From Planctopirus limnophila DSM 3776 (GTDB lineage: Bacteria > Planctomycetota > Planctomycetia > Planctomycetales > Planctomycetaceae): DNA of 32,000 bases. The notes under the pieces are model-generated. The model was not told the origin of the DNA and did no database searches. It worked only from the letters and a program-made list of their open reading frames with translations. Position numbers and translations under genes: made by a program. The DNA lies in NCBI RefSeq assembly GCF_000092105.1, contig NC_014148.1, positions 1,740,001-1,772,000 of the forward strand. Reading direction: 5' to 3'. Positions 8,477 through 17,683 of this stretch are shown here, piece after piece (within the stretch, counting starts at the first letter, position 1; each line of letters begins with the position of its first letter).

Positions 8477-10783
8477 ATGCAGTCCAGTGCCCAGCAACCA
8501 TCGTTGTTTACGCCAGAAGACCTTCCTGAGGTTTCGACCCCCTGGGAGATCGTGGACAGTGAAGATCAACTCTACGCTGAAGTGGTTTTCAACCTGCCCA
8601 TGCTCAAGTCCTACCACTATCTTGTCCCTTCGGGGCTCAGAGACAACATACGCCCCGGTTCGAGAGTGCGAGTTCCTTTTGGGACTGGCCAGAAGTTGAC
8701 TCAAGGGTACTGTGTCTCTTTAACAAGGACTCGACCTGCACATCGAAACTTTAAATCGATCGAATCCTTACTTGATGTCGCTCCACTGGTCGATGCCGCC
8801 ATGTTGCGACTGACGAGATGGATCAGTGAAGAGTACTTGTGCAGTTGGGGTCAGGTGCTCGATTCGGTAATCCCGGCGGGAGTGAAATCGAAAGCCGGGA
8901 CTCGTGAACTTTTGCACTTCGAACTTGCCGAAGGCTATGAAACTCGACTGACAACTCTCAAATTGTCGGCCACTCAGCAGCGAATTGTCGATGTCCTGAG
9001 ATCAACAACGGAGCCGATGGCCGGAGATGAATTGACCTCTCTGGCGGAATGTGGGCTCTCGCCTCTGCAAACCCTGCGGAACAAAGGGATTGTCGTTTCC
9101 ACCAAAATTCGCACCTGGTCAAAGTCGGTTTCCAGCGCAGGAGAGAACGATACTTCGGCCATTCTCCTGAATCGAAATCAACACTCGGCTGTCACCAGGG
9201 TCATCGAGTCGCTGGCATCAGGGAAGTCGGAAACTTTTCTACTCTACGGCGTCACTGGCAGTGGCAAGACAGAAGTCTATATCCGCGTGATTGAAGAAGT
9301 TGTGAGGTACGGTCGGCAGGCCATTGTGCTGGTGCCGGAAATCAGTCTCACTCCGCAGACAATCCGGCGTTTTCGTAAGCGATTTGCTTCGGTCGCTGTA
9401 TTGCATTCTCATTTGAGTGATGCCGAGCGGCATAGCTATTGGCAGCAGATCGCACGAGGCCAGGTGCAGGTGATTGTCGGGGCCAGAAGTGCGATTTTTG
9501 CACCGGCTCCGAACCTGGGTCTGGTGGTGATCGATGAAGAGCATGAAACGAGTTTCAAGCAGGATTCGACGCCTCGGTATCATGCTCGGGAGGTTGCCAG
9601 GCAACGAGTGCGCGATGCCGGGATACCACTGATTCTTGGTTCTGCCACACCGACTCTCGAAACCTGGCTTCGCGGGATTCGAAAAGAAGAGATCGTGCTT
9701 TCTCTGCCTTATCGAGTGGCTCAAAGGCCATTGCCACCTGTGATGATTGTCGATACCCGCAACGATCAGTCACTTCAGAAAGGAGCTTCTCTGGGGCGAG
9801 CCATGCTCGTGGCGATGCGAGAATCGTTAGCAAAGAAGGGGCAGATTATTCTGTTTCTGAATGTTCGGGGTTATTCGCCAGCACTCTTTTGCCGGGCCTG
9901 CGGGCAGAGCGTGAGGTGTCCGGATTGTGATGTCACACTCACATATCATAAACAGCGGCAAATTGCTCTGTGCCATAGCTGCGAGTATTCCATCGATCCA
10001 CCGACCAGTTGCCCGAATTGTGGAAAGCCCGGCCTGTTATTTCTCGGGCAGGGGACCGAGCGGTTGGAACACGAAGTGAAGGCTCGATTCCCCGGTGTCA
10101 GCGTGTTGCGCATGGATAGTGATACCATGCAGCAAAAAGGGAGCCACGATCGGGCTTTGGAATCTTTCCGGCAGGGTGAGGTGCGGATTCTGCTGGGAAC
10201 GCAGATGATTGCCAAAGGTCTGGATTTCCCCAACGTGACACTCGTGGGCGTGATTGATGCCGATACGTCTCTACATCAACCGGATTTTCGAGCATCTGAA
10301 CGAACTTTTCAGTTGATTGCTCAAGTCGCAGGGAGGACCGGTCGCGGTGAGCTGGGCGGCAAAGTGCTGGTGCAGACAGCGTGCCCGGATCAGCCAGCGA
10401 TCCTGTATGCCGCCCGGCATGATTATGCCGCCTTTGCACGGCAAGAACTTGAGCACAGGCATACTTTGGGATACCCGCCGTTTGTCCGCATCTTGCGGAT
10501 CATTCTTCGCGGTGAGATCGAAGCCGATGTGGAAAAAGCCGCCGAAAGAATTCGCTTGGGAATGGAATCGAAGGGGTTGGAAAGGGGTGGCATGCTGGCA
10601 AAGATCCTCGGCCCGGCACCTTGCCCAGTGGCCAGACTCAAGAAGTATTTTCGCTACCAGTTGCAGATTTCTCATCCTTCAGGAGAGGTTTTAGGTCAAT
10701 TGTGGAGAGACGTTGAACCCGTCGCGCCTGAACTCGTGCCCGTGGAAATCTCTGTCGATCTTGACCCGATCAGCTTTCGCTGA
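8477..10783 (+). CDS. priA: Primosomal protein N' (replication restart helicase PriA)
   Basis: It has Walker A (LLYGVTGSGKTEVYI) and the DEEH box (VVIDEEHETSFKQ). It has the Cys-rich zinc region (CRACGQSVRCPDCDVTLTYHKQRQIALCHSCEY...CPNCG) and the GRTGRG motif. The track ORF begins at TTG 8435, and I prefer ATG 8477 (MQSSAQQPSLF...). Confidence 0.9.
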   Translation: MQSSAQQPSLFTPEDLPEVSTPWEIVDSEDQLYAEVVFNLPMLKSYHYLVPSGLRDNIRPGSRVRVPFGTGQKLTQGYCVSLTRTRPAHRNFKSIESLLDVAPLVDAAMLRLTRWISEEYLCSWGQVLDSVIPAGVKSKAGTRELLHFELAEGYETRLTTLKLSATQQRIVDVLRSTTEPMAGDELTSLAECGLSPLQTLRNKGIVVSTKIRTWSKSVSSAGENDTSAILLNRNQHSAVTRVIESLASGKSETFLLYGVTGSGKTEVYIRVIEEVVRYGRQAIVLVPEISLTPQTIRRFRKRFASVAVLHSHLSDAERHSYWQQIARGQVQVIVGARSAIFAPAPNLGLVVIDEEHETSFKQDSTPRYHAREVARQRVRDAGIPLILGSATPTLETWLRGIRKEEIVLSLPYRVAQRPLPPVMIVDTRNDQSLQKGASLGRAMLVAMRESLAKKGQIILFLNVRGYSPALFCRACGQSVRCPDCDVTLTYHKQRQIALCHSCEYSIDPPTSCPNCGKPGLLFLGQGTERLEHEVKARFPGVSVLRMDSDTMQQKGSHDRALESFRQGEVRILLGTQMIAKGLDFPNVTLVGVIDADTSLHQPDFRASERTFQLIAQVAGRTGRGELGGKVLVQTACPDQPAILYAARHDYAAFARQELEHRHTLGYPPFVRILRIILRGEIEADVEKAAERIRLGMESKGLERGGMLAKILGPAPCPVARLKKYFRYQLQISHPSGEVLGQLWRDVEPVAPELVPVEISVDLDPISFR

Positions 10784-10854
10784 ATCAATTCCCAAGCCTT
10801 CGAAAAGCTGGGCCTCACGGCCGATTGTCGGGGTGTATCAATGAAGAACGGCAT

Positions 10855-11199
10855 TTACCGCTCGACACAAATCTGGTTGCAGATATGTCGGTCGGTCACC
10901 AATTGTTGTGTCATTGATGAGACAAGTTGCTTGGCATGATAGGACGGGCAAACACCGGTCAATATGACGCGATCATCCGACCAGCAGAGTTCGAGGTGAT
11001 GTACCAATCCTCTTAAACGATTGCGGAGAATCTCTGCCGTATCGTCTTCTTCCAATTTGTTGGCAGGGTCGATCATTTCAAAGACCGGCATGCTGGAAGA
11101 ACCAGGGTTGACCACAGCAGTCCCATCATTATCAGCCTCACGTGGCTCGTGTGGCCATGCCGTTGTGATCACCGCAAACTTCGCTGGTTGAGAAATCAT
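10855..11199 (-). CDS. BON-domain-like small protein (hypothetical)
   Basis: The C-terminal ~60 aa (LELCWSDDRVILTGVCPSYHAKQLVSSMTQQLVTDRHICNQICV) follow the BON pattern of a hydrophobic strand, xLxGxV, helix, then V.N.I.V. I prefer ATG 11199, preceded by AGGGA, over the track start at 11253. The assignment rests on pattern resemblance only. Confidence 0.5.
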   Translation of the reverse strand: MISQPAKFAVITTAWPHEPREADNDGTAVVNPGSSSMPVFEMIDPANKLEEDDTAEILRNRLRGLVHHLELCWSDDRVILTGVCPSYHAKQLVSSMTQQLVTDRHICNQICVER

Positions 11200-11702
11200 G
11201 GTGCCATCCCTGCTGGTGAATTCTTGAGCCACCCATGTCAAAACGACGGGCATTGAGAATGATTGTTGTACAAGACAATGACAATCATGCAGCCTTCCTT
11301 GACTGAATTCATTTGCTCTAAAAGCTACCCCTCGCGATTCAATCCGTCAAAGAAATTTTGTATGAATCCTGGGTTTGTAATTCTCTGCATATGTGCTGGG
11401 GAAATCTGGTTGGGTCGATATTCATTCTGTACTGGAAAATGGCTGTTTTCATGCTGTTTCTCTAGCAGGAAGTAACTTTTTCTGAAGCATCCATCCTGCG
11501 TGGAGAGACAACTTTCATCGCTTCATATAAGCTGTCGAAGAATGTCAGCCATGTAAATTCTCACGAATTGGAATCTCCCGGGTGATTTCTGGGGTGAAAG
11601 CCTCTTCTTGAGTGCCGGCCAATGTCTGTTATTGACTGCAACAGGTTGTGTGAACACCTCCCCTCGGTTTTATCCTGAGAGTCTTAAAAACACTAAAGGT
11701 TC

Positions 11703-12773
11703 ATGCTCATGCCTCTCTCTGAATTGGATCGCAAGTTTCTCGATGATCTCCTGGCGGCTCCCAGTCCCTCAGGATATGAGCAACCGATTCAGGATGTTGT
11801 CCGGGCTTATGCAGCCGGGTTTGCAGAGACTGTCACCACAGATCGACATGGGAATGTGATGGCCTGTGTGAATCCTCAAGGACAGGTGCGCATCATGCTG
11901 GCTGGCCATTGCGACCAGATTGGCCTGATTGTCAAAAACATCGACGAAAAAGGGTTTATCTGGGTGCAGACGATTGGTGGTTGGGATCCCATGGTCCTGC
12001 TGGGACAGCGCGTGCAGGTTTGGACACGCAGCGGACCGATTCCAGGGATTATGGCTCGCAAGCCGATTCATCTGCAGTCGCCGGAAGATCGCAAAGCTGT
12101 TCCCGAAATCAAGAATTTGTGGGTCGATATTGGCGCTCTGAATGGAGAAGAAGCCAGGGCGGCCGTGCGAGTTGGCGATGTCATTACCTGTGAACTTCAT
12201 CAGCAAACCATGCGAAACGGCTTTGTCAGCGGTGTGGCCATGGATGATAAGGTCGGAGTCTGGACTGTATTTACGGCGGCCCGCCGGGCGGCACTTCAAT
12301 CGCCAAAGGCGGCGATTTATGCAGTCTCCACCGTACAGGAAGAAATTGGTCTGCGCGGTGTGCAGACGAGTGCCGCCGCCATCCGTCCACAGATCGGTCT
12401 GGTGACTGATGTGACCCATGCCACCGATTGTCCGACGATTGATGAGAATCAGCATGGTCGCATCAAGCTGGGGCAGGGTCCGGTCGTTTATCGCGGGCCG
12501 AATACTAATCCTCGGGTCTTCGACCTGATTGAAGAAGAAGCTGCGAAGCACGGGATCCCTTATCAGCTGGCTTCATTAGGCACACCAGCCAGTAACGATG
12601 CGGCTCAACTCCAGTTGGCGGGCGATGGAGTGGCCATGGGATTGATCTGCATTCCCAATCGATACATGCACAGCCCAGTGGAAATGGTCTCGCTGGAGGA
12701 TCTGGATCACGCGGCCAATCTGATGGCCGCGTTTTGCGTGCGGATTCAGGATGATACGAATCTCATCCCGTAA
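11703..12773 (+). CDS. M42-family metallo-aminopeptidase (glutamyl aminopeptidase / FrvX-YsdC-like)
   Basis: This 356-aa ORF has PSPSGYEQPI, IMLAGHCDQIGLIV, GVAMDDKVGV, VQEEIGLRG, and CIPNRYMHSPVEMVSLEDL at the C-terminus. Together these are the typical M42 metal-ligand blocks. Confidence 0.85.
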   Translation: MLMPLSELDRKFLDDLLAAPSPSGYEQPIQDVVRAYAAGFAETVTTDRHGNVMACVNPQGQVRIMLAGHCDQIGLIVKNIDEKGFIWVQTIGGWDPMVLLGQRVQVWTRSGPIPGIMARKPIHLQSPEDRKAVPEIKNLWVDIGALNGEEARAAVRVGDVITCELHQQTMRNGFVSGVAMDDKVGVWTVFTAARRAALQSPKAAIYAVSTVQEEIGLRGVQTSAAAIRPQIGLVTDVTHATDCPTIDENQHGRIKLGQGPVVYRGPNTNPRVFDLIEEEAAKHGIPYQLASLGTPASNDAAQLQLAGDGVAMGLICIPNRYMHSPVEMVSLEDLDHAANLMAAFCVRIQDDTNLIP

Positions 12774-12868
12774 GCCTTCCACCAAAGGAATGCTGCCGCC
12801 AAAGATGTCGCAGCGAAGTTTCACTACAGCCAGAAACAGATGGCGTGATCCGCAGGGAATGAATCGTT

Positions 12869-15800
12869 ATGTCAACTCCCCGCTACACACCTCAACAAAC
12901 GCGGGCCTTGACTGAGAAATCGGTCTCGATCGCTCTTTCGGCAGGTGCTGGTTGTGGCAAAACCTTTGTGCTGACGAGAAGATTTCTCGGGTATTTAAAG
13001 CCGGGGCCTGAGCAATACCCGCTGACATCGCTGGTGGCCATCACCTTTACCGATAAAGCCGCTCGCGAGATGCGGGATCGGGTACGGGCCACTTGTCTGC
13101 AGCGTGTGCGAGAATGTCCACCCGAAGAAGCTGACCACTGGTTGAGTCTGCTGCGGGATCTGGATCGAGCACGCATCAGTACGATCCACTCCTTTTGCGG
13201 AAATATCCTGCGTTCGCATGCGATCGCGAGTGGTCTCGATCCCGAATTCACCACCCTCGAAGCGAGTGTGGCCGATTCGCTCCTGAGGCAATCGATTGAA
13301 GCCTCAGCCACGCGATTGCTGGTCAACGATCAACCTGCATTTCGGCTGCTGGCCGTCGATTATGGTATTGAGAAACTACTCGAATCGTCAGGAATTCTCG
13401 TTCGACAACGGCAACTGATCTCTCTAGCAGACTTTGCCGAAATGACAGCCGAAGAGTTGGCAGGGATCTGGCATCGTTGGCTGAAAGAGACCGGCTGGCC
13501 AGCGTTTGTGCGGCAGATCGAGCACCAGCGGACGTTTGTCAGGCTCAGTGAATTCATCTCTCGAACATCAGCCAATTCTCCCAAGCTTGACGAGAAGCTG
13601 AAGATACTTCGACAGATCATGGAGCAATTGAAGAGTCAGCAAGACTCTCCAGAGCCGGGGCGTCTGGCAGAATTGTTTGCGGAGTTATCGCTTCAGGCGC
13701 GAGTGGTGGGGGTGAAGCCTGATCATTGGGGATCTCCTGATGATCACGAACTGGCTAAGGAGTTGTTTACGCAGGTTCGTGACGATTGCAAAAAGTTGAT
13801 TGAAACCATTCAACTCGCTCAAACGGAGTTTGTCCCATACGCCGAGAAGAGCCTGGCATGGCTCTCAGTCGCAGGTGAGTCAATCAGAGATTACGAATTA
13901 ATCAAGAAGTCGCGAGCATGTGTTGACTTTGATGATCTGCTGGTTTTGAGCCGGGATTTGCTACGGAACGATCTGACGGTGCGTCAGGCGTTGTCGCGCT
14001 CCATTCGTGTGCTGATGGTGGATGAATTTCAGGATACGGACCCCGTTCAGGCCGATCTGGTCGAGATGATCTGCGGGAAGGAATTGACGACAGGGAAGTT
14101 GTTCCTGGTGGGTGACCAGAAGCAAAGCATCTATCGCTTTCGAGGTGCTGATCCTCTGGTGTTCAGATCGTTAAAAAGCAAAATTCCAGCGGCTGGTCAA
14201 CTCCCACTCACCATCAACTTTCGCAGTCAGCCCCCGATTCTGCACTTCGTAAACATTCTGTTTCGGCGGGTGATGGGAGCAGACTATGAGGCTTTGGAAC
14301 CCTCTTTCGCGGATGAGAAACCTGAACTTGAGCGGATTGAGTTTCTGTGGGCAACCACGGATGTCGTTGAGAACAAGGCGGTTCAGGGAAGTATCCCGAG
14401 CACAGTTCCCCTGGCGCAAGGATTGGCCGATGAACAGGCCCGGGATGCTGCTGATGCGGAAAGTCAGGATGTTGAAAACATCGATGATGATTCCCGCTCT
14501 GATTCCGGTGAGAAGCAGACTGCTCCTTTTCTGAGACGGCGTGAAGCGGATTGGATTGCCCGTCGTATTCTCGAGTTGCTGGCCGATCCAACACCGCGAA
14601 TTCGGGAGAAAAGTGGCCCGTGGCGAACCATCGTTCCTGGCGACATTACGATTTTGTTCCGGGCGTTGACGAACCTGGAGGTTTACGAACAGGCGTTAGA
14701 AGCGGCGGGAATCGACTATTATGTGGCGGGTGGCCGAGCGTTCTTTGCCCAGCAGGAAATCTATGATCTGGCCCACTTGTGTCAGTTTCTGGATGACCCT
14801 GAGGATGGGTTCAGTCTCGTGGGCCTGTTACGCTCGCCATTTTTCTGTTTCAGCGATCCACTGATTCATCGACTGGCTTCACGTGCGGGTGGTATCACCC
14901 AGTCGCTGTTTGCTGAAGCTTCGGTAGTCAGCGGTCTGTCGCCGGAAGAGACTGCACAGGTTCAGTTTGCAGCCCAGACTCTCGGTTCACTCGTGGAGCA
15001 GCGGGATCACTGGCCATTGGCGAGAATCATTCGCCGAGCCCTGGAATTGACGGGCTATGAGGCCATTGTCTCTCAGGAGTTTCTCGGTTCGCGGAAACTG
15101 GCGAATGTTCATAAAGCGATTGAACTGGCCCGACAGTTTGACCTGGCGGGTGGTAGTCGTGCGGCGTTTGTGACTCAGCTGCGGGAATCGATCGATCAGG
15201 AATCTCGCGAGGAGTTAGCCGCCACACATCCCGAATCGAGCAGTGTGGTGCGTTTGATGTCGATCCACCAATCCAAGGGACTTGAGTTTCCAGTCGTCTT
15301 TGTGGCCGATATGAATCGACCGCGAAAGACTGAATCGCTCCCACCGACGCTTCATCCGCAGTTAGGGGCTTTGGTGACACCTTCGAACCCCCTGGGTGAA
15401 CGACAAAAACATCCTGTGGGCCAATTCATTGAGATCATGGAAGAGGCTGCCAGCCTCGAAGAGTATCAGCGTCTGCTGTATGTCGCTGCCACACGAGCCC
15501 GGGATCTGTTGATCCTGTCTGCCGGGATCAAAGGTTTTGATGAAGGAAAGTTTTCGCCGTGGATGCTGGTCTTGAAGCAAGTCTTTCATCTCGAGACAGG
15601 TCTCTTGCGGAATGATCCCTGGTTTGCGAGCGGACATGAGGATGTGAAAACCCCGCAGGAGATTCCGCTCATTCGTACTCATCATCAGCCACCGCAATTC
15701 ATCGACCACAGAGTTCAGCGACAGGGTGTTCACAAGCTGTCATTTCCACAGGTCTGGAATGAACTAGAACTGGCCGAATCTTTGCCCTGGCCTCAACTCG

Positions 15801-16549
15801 TGGCGGATGTTCAGCGGGGTGCGGAAGGTCGCAGGCGATTGAGTGTTTCGCGACTGGAGGAGTTTCAGGAACAAAGTTCATCGAAATTGAAGAGTCTCGT
15901 TCCAGCAGGTGAATTGGAAGCACATTCGGCGAGTCTCAGTCGCAGCGATGCGGAACTGTTGGGAGAAATGATTCATGGCGTACTGGAGCGATTTGAACCT
16001 CGCGCCGCAGAGGAGTCCGAAAAGGCTTTGCTCCATCGACTGTGGCTGTGGTGCCAGAGACAGCCTGCACCACCTGGAGGCCAGATTCTGGAGCAGGCAC
16101 AGCAATGGCTCAAGACGTTTGCATCGACCGAGCTGATTGATGAACTGGCCATGGCCAGTGAACTGAATCGAGAACTGGAGTTCAGTCTCGATTGGAAAAT
16201 GACTGGAGAAGAGCCGAAACGAGAAACAGAGATCTATGGTCTGATCGATGTCCTGATGAAGGATTCTCAGGATGATTGGATCATTCTCGATTACAAGACG
16301 AGTCGCCTTGCGGCTGGAGTAACTGATGAACTGCTGCTCCAGCCGTATCGATTGCAATTGGGAACATATGCCCTCGCCGTGCAGCGGCTTTTTGGTCGCC
16401 TTCCCAAAAAAGCCGAACTGATTTTTATGCGTCCCAAGCCCCGCCGAGTGGTCTGGAACATGGAGCAGGTGCAAGTTTCCGATCTGGAACAACTTGTGAC
16501 CGAGGCAATCCATCAGTTGGATGCGGCACAGGCTTCGAGCTCATTCTGA
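12869..16549 (+). CDS. UvrD/Rep-superfamily helicase with C-terminal RecB-type PD-(D/E)xK nuclease (AddA/RecB-like)
   Basis: This 1226-aa ORF has SF1 motifs I (SAGAGCGKTF), Ia (ITFTDKAAREM), TIHSFC, II (MVDEFQDTDPVQ), III (LVGDQKQSIYRFRGA), IV (INFRS), V (SIHQSKGLEFPVVF) and VI (LLYVAATRARDLLIL). The nuclease motifs are GLIDVLMKDSQDDWIILDYKTSR and YRLQLGTYALAV. Confidence 0.85.
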   Translation: MSTPRYTPQQTRALTEKSVSIALSAGAGCGKTFVLTRRFLGYLKPGPEQYPLTSLVAITFTDKAAREMRDRVRATCLQRVRECPPEEADHWLSLLRDLDRARISTIHSFCGNILRSHAIASGLDPEFTTLEASVADSLLRQSIEASATRLLVNDQPAFRLLAVDYGIEKLLESSGILVRQRQLISLADFAEMTAEELAGIWHRWLKETGWPAFVRQIEHQRTFVRLSEFISRTSANSPKLDEKLKILRQIMEQLKSQQDSPEPGRLAELFAELSLQARVVGVKPDHWGSPDDHELAKELFTQVRDDCKKLIETIQLAQTEFVPYAEKSLAWLSVAGESIRDYELIKKSRACVDFDDLLVLSRDLLRNDLTVRQALSRSIRVLMVDEFQDTDPVQADLVEMICGKELTTGKLFLVGDQKQSIYRFRGADPLVFRSLKSKIPAAGQLPLTINFRSQPPILHFVNILFRRVMGADYEALEPSFADEKPELERIEFLWATTDVVENKAVQGSIPSTVPLAQGLADEQARDAADAESQDVENIDDDSRSDSGEKQTAPFLRRREADWIARRILELLADPTPRIREKSGPWRTIVPGDITILFRALTNLEVYEQALEAAGIDYYVAGGRAFFAQQEIYDLAHLCQFLDDPEDGFSLVGLLRSPFFCFSDPLIHRLASRAGGITQSLFAEASVVSGLSPEETAQVQFAAQTLGSLVEQRDHWPLARIIRRALELTGYEAIVSQEFLGSRKLANVHKAIELARQFDLAGGSRAAFVTQLRESIDQESREELAATHPESSSVVRLMSIHQSKGLEFPVVFVADMNRPRKTESLPPTLHPQLGALVTPSNPLGERQKHPVGQFIEIMEEAASLEEYQRLLYVAATRARDLLILSAGIKGFDEGKFSPWMLVLKQVFHLETGLLRNDPWFASGHEDVKTPQEIPLIRTHHQPPQFIDHRVQRQGVHKLSFPQVWNELELAESLPWPQLVADVQRGAEGRRRLSVSRLEEFQEQSSSKLKSLVPAGELEAHSASLSRSDAELLGEMIHGVLERFEPRAAEESEKALLHRLWLWCQRQPAPPGGQILEQAQQWLKTFASTELIDELAMASELNRELEFSLDWKMTGEEPKRETEIYGLIDVLMKDSQDDWIILDYKTSRLAAGVTDELLLQPYRLQLGTYALAVQRLFGRLPKKAELIFMRPKPRRVVWNMEQVQVSDLEQLVTEAIHQLDAAQASSSF

Positions 16550-16772
16550 GAATTGATTGAACCTGAAGTTTATTTGGCCATCTGATCCAAAGTACCTTGC
16601 GATGGTCGCTCAGCATTTTGACGCGATTCTCCAGAATCACACCTTCGATCGTGTTATGGCTGAACGTCTTTCGGAATATGCCGTTCAAAATTGGAGGACA
16701 GACGTTGCTTTGTAGACCACAAAGGTGATCGTGCCATTCGAATGAGGTTTGTGAAGGGCGAAGGTTAGCCTT

Positions 16773-16826
16773 GATCCCCCGGCGGGTGTTCACCACGGTC
16801 GAAACTGGGATCTCAACCGGGGGATC
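16773..16826. repeat. Perfect 10-bp GC-rich inverted repeat with a 34-nt spacer
   Basis: GATCCCCCGG (16773-16782) and CCGGGGGATC (16817-16826) lie in the convergent spacer between the addA-like gene and the lipoprotein gene. No U-tract follows on either strand. Confidence 0.6.
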
Positions 16827-16834
16827 CTTCTGCG

Positions 16835-17254
16835 TCAATTAGTGCCACCCGTCGCGATTTGTGTGAGCGTGTTGTTGCGTTGTGTTTCATTCTCAATTTT
16901 CTTGGCCACTGCAGTCGCTTCAGATGTCTTGCCATGTTTGGCTAATACCAGGCTGCAGATTGCACAGGTGTTGTCGCGAGCTGTCCCAGTATCAACCGCC
17001 GCAATTGCATTGAGCACGACTTCTCCATCGCCGGCCTGAGCGGCGTTTTCTGCCAACTTTACGAGGGTGTTATGCTTGGCAGTGCCATCTTTCATGGCTA
17101 GCGCAGCTTCCAATCGGCCCGAAAGTTCGGTCGTCCCAGCGACAGGTGCTGGTTCCTGACGGACACAGCCGGTAAAGAGAACTAACAGCAACAAGATTCT
17201 TGAAATGTTTCTCAAGCAGAATTCCTTTGTGTCAAATGAGTTATCGTTAGTCAT
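16835..17254 (-). CDS. Hypothetical lipoprotein
   Basis: It has a signal peptide with a lipobox (ISRILLLLVLFTG|C). The mature part has three loosely repeated units ending in xNT(L/C)xx(L/I)A: AKHNTLVKLA, ARDNTCAICSLVLA and QRNNTLTQIA. The track ORF starts at TTG 17281, and I prefer ATG 17254 with GGAG just upstream. Confidence 0.6.
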   Translation of the reverse strand: MTNDNSFDTKEFCLRNISRILLLLVLFTGCVRQEPAPVAGTTELSGRLEAALAMKDGTAKHNTLVKLAENAAQAGDGEVVLNAIAAVDTGTARDNTCAICSLVLAKHGKTSEATAVAKKIENETQRNNTLTQIATGGTN

Positions 17255-17652
17255 GGACTCCGGGATGGCGATGGCTTTCAACCAATGGCCTTATACGAGG
17301 GTCCACTTCAAGAATTCGTTGTGGAAAATGCGATGTATCGCTCTTTATGCCGCGATTTTCTTGTGAAGTGAGAAAGCGTTGATAAACAGACTTGGGTTAT
17401 GAATCGATGCACGTTACTGAATGACATTGAGCCAAACCAGTCGCTAATGCCAGAAATAGCTGAAACAACCAGTGTTTCACCTATTGTGACTGAAACGCTC
17501 CCAAAACCAGAGGACATGCGGCCTCAAGCGAAGTGCAGCTCAAGAGTAGATCGGATTCTCTGCGAAAATGGTGCACCTCCCGACTTTTGCCAACGGTTAA
17601 GAGTTCGCGTTTTCAAAGGGTGGTCAAGTTATATTGGCAGGCCTTGAACTTC

Positions 17653-17683
17653 TCATGATGTCTACCAAAGTCAGACATCATGA
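17653..17683. repeat. Perfect 11-bp stem with a 9-nt loop
   Basis: TCATGATGTCT (17653-17663) and AGACATCATGA (17673-17683) are exact reverse complements. The hairpin sits inside the gene-less region upstream of htrA. Confidence 0.6.

Noticed and set aside
11769-12551. 260-aa antisense ORF inside the M42 peptidase gene
   Set aside because: The opposite strand encodes a protein with all M42 signature blocks. The antisense translation is low-complexity (rich in R, H and I), has no motif and has no plausible RBS. It is long for a shadow ORF, but I see no independent support.
15878-16513. 211-aa antisense ORF within the addA-like gene, with similar cases at 18961..19581(-) in htrA and 24189..24725(-) in hrpA
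   Set aside because: All are embedded antisense to genes with strong motif evidence and have no motifs of their own.
16425-16838. 137-aa minus-strand ORF spanning the addA-lipoprotein spacer
   Set aside because: It starts at a TTG that overlaps the lipoprotein stop, runs 125 nt into the addA-like coding region, and has no internal ATG with an RBS and no motif. I treat the spacer as non-coding, except for the small ORF noted in findings.
17399-17647. 82-aa ORF in the gene-less region (also 17308..17517(-), 17732..17956(+), 17789..18049(-) and 18010..18249(-))
   Set aside because: They overlap one another in several frames, use codons rare in neighbouring genes and have no recognisable motifs. 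They are reported only as part of the unexplained region.
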